Assembly (NCBI GenBank): GCA_000091205.1
Contig: AP006488.2
Direction: 5' to 3' (one strand)
Length of the DNA: 64,000 bases
Origin: Cyanidioschyzon merolae
Lineage: Eukaryota
Positions 63,351 through 64,000 of the stretch are shown here, piece after piece. Position numbers and translations under genes: made by a program. The notes beneath the pieces were generated by a model that did no database searches, was not told the origin of the DNA, and saw only the letters and a program-made list of their open reading frames with translations. The stretch's first letter is position 1, and each line of letters begins with the position of its first letter.

Positions 63351-64000
63351 ATGCATATATACACATCAAATGCCCACAGATCGAGAAGCGGCACAGGGGC
63401 GCTGTTGGAAACCGAAGAGAGCGCCTACCCATGGGCTATAGAGCGTGGCGTGCGCGATGACATGCTGCCGGCCTGCGACGGCATGCTGGTTGAGTTTCAT
63501 TGACAAGGTGGAATGTAGGAAAGCAACATTATATCCGAGAGGACGTATGGGTCATGGAACTTGACGGTGGCGTCATGAATGATATGCGCTTTCTCGAATG
63601 TCGATGTTGATCGTGCAATTTAGGATTCTTCGTGTGTGCACACGTTCAGTTCAGTAAACGACAACATAGATCGTTGGTGCAAACTCATCTGTAGAAGCAG
63701 CGATGGCGACGATCTTCTTCATGATGCGCGTACGGCGTATGCGATTCGACGTCAGTGCATCCGCGTGAATATCAAATGGAACGGGGCGCGATCACAGGGG
63801 CTCGCAGACGAGTCTTTGGGCACGGTATGCTTCCAGCGTCAATCATAAAGGACTTTGGGGTTTGCTTTTCCGCTTTCATGTATCCGGTTTTCGATAGGCT
63901 GGCCTTTGTTATTCCACCGGTGCTGCGCTCAGTAGTTGTGGGATGATGATAGCAATATTCAAGTCAAGATTTGGTAGTTTTCTGTTGTTTCATGCGCATG

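Noticed and set aside
62790-63432. Three long overlapping ORFs (up to 188 aa) with YTYPCIRIRVY… periodic proteins.
   Set aside because: They are direct translations of the 14-bp microsatellite in three frames. They are not genes.

Overview
This 64-kb window looks like nuclear DNA from a GC-rich (~58%), gene-dense, intron-poor eukaryote. The gene content and compactness suggest a protist, possibly a stramenopile, but the lineage cannot be fixed from sequence alone. Long uninterrupted ORFs on both strands encode about 16 recognisable proteins. These are: a CPSF30-like CCCH zinc-finger protein (partial), CNOT1, an hnRNP F/H-like qRRM protein, an SDR39U1-like epimerase (degenerate), a laforin-like CBM20x2 + phosphatase-like protein, EDC4/Ge-1, Sec23, MCM5, Symplekin, acyl-protein thioesterase, an RRP6-like exonuclease, a coiled-coil protein, mitochondrial GatB, an archaeal-type (type II) 3-dehydroquinate synthase, an APC4-like WD protein and Rab1. 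Several genes are convergent or divergent with very short spacers; the CPSF30 and CNOT1 stop codons are 27 bp apart. Between the conserved genes lie lower-GC, gene-poor islands (7.2-11.5 kb, 13.5-20 kb, 25.7-29.4 kb, 31.8-35.3 kb). These islands carry the most interesting content. It is a family of eukaryotic TnpB/Fanzor-like (OMEGA-type RuvC nuclease) elements. There is one near-complete but frameshifted copy at ~32.98-35.16 kb, immediately upstream of MCM5, and two degenerate fragments at ~9.5-9.9 kb and ~14.5-16.2 kb. All three share the diagnostic RuvC-III 'D-x-NAA-x-N-I/V' motif. A ~730-bp non-coding repeat is found twice, once directly 5' of the main copy. Other notable items are a predicted catalytically dead (Cys->Thr) laforin-like glucan-phosphatase homologue, an archaeal-type DHQ synthase II with an N-terminal extension, a Symplekin carrying a SAP motif, and several tandem-repeat arrays in promoter regions (103-bp x3, 50-bp x7, 14-bp x~25). 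No rRNA, tRNA or CRISPR features could be supported.
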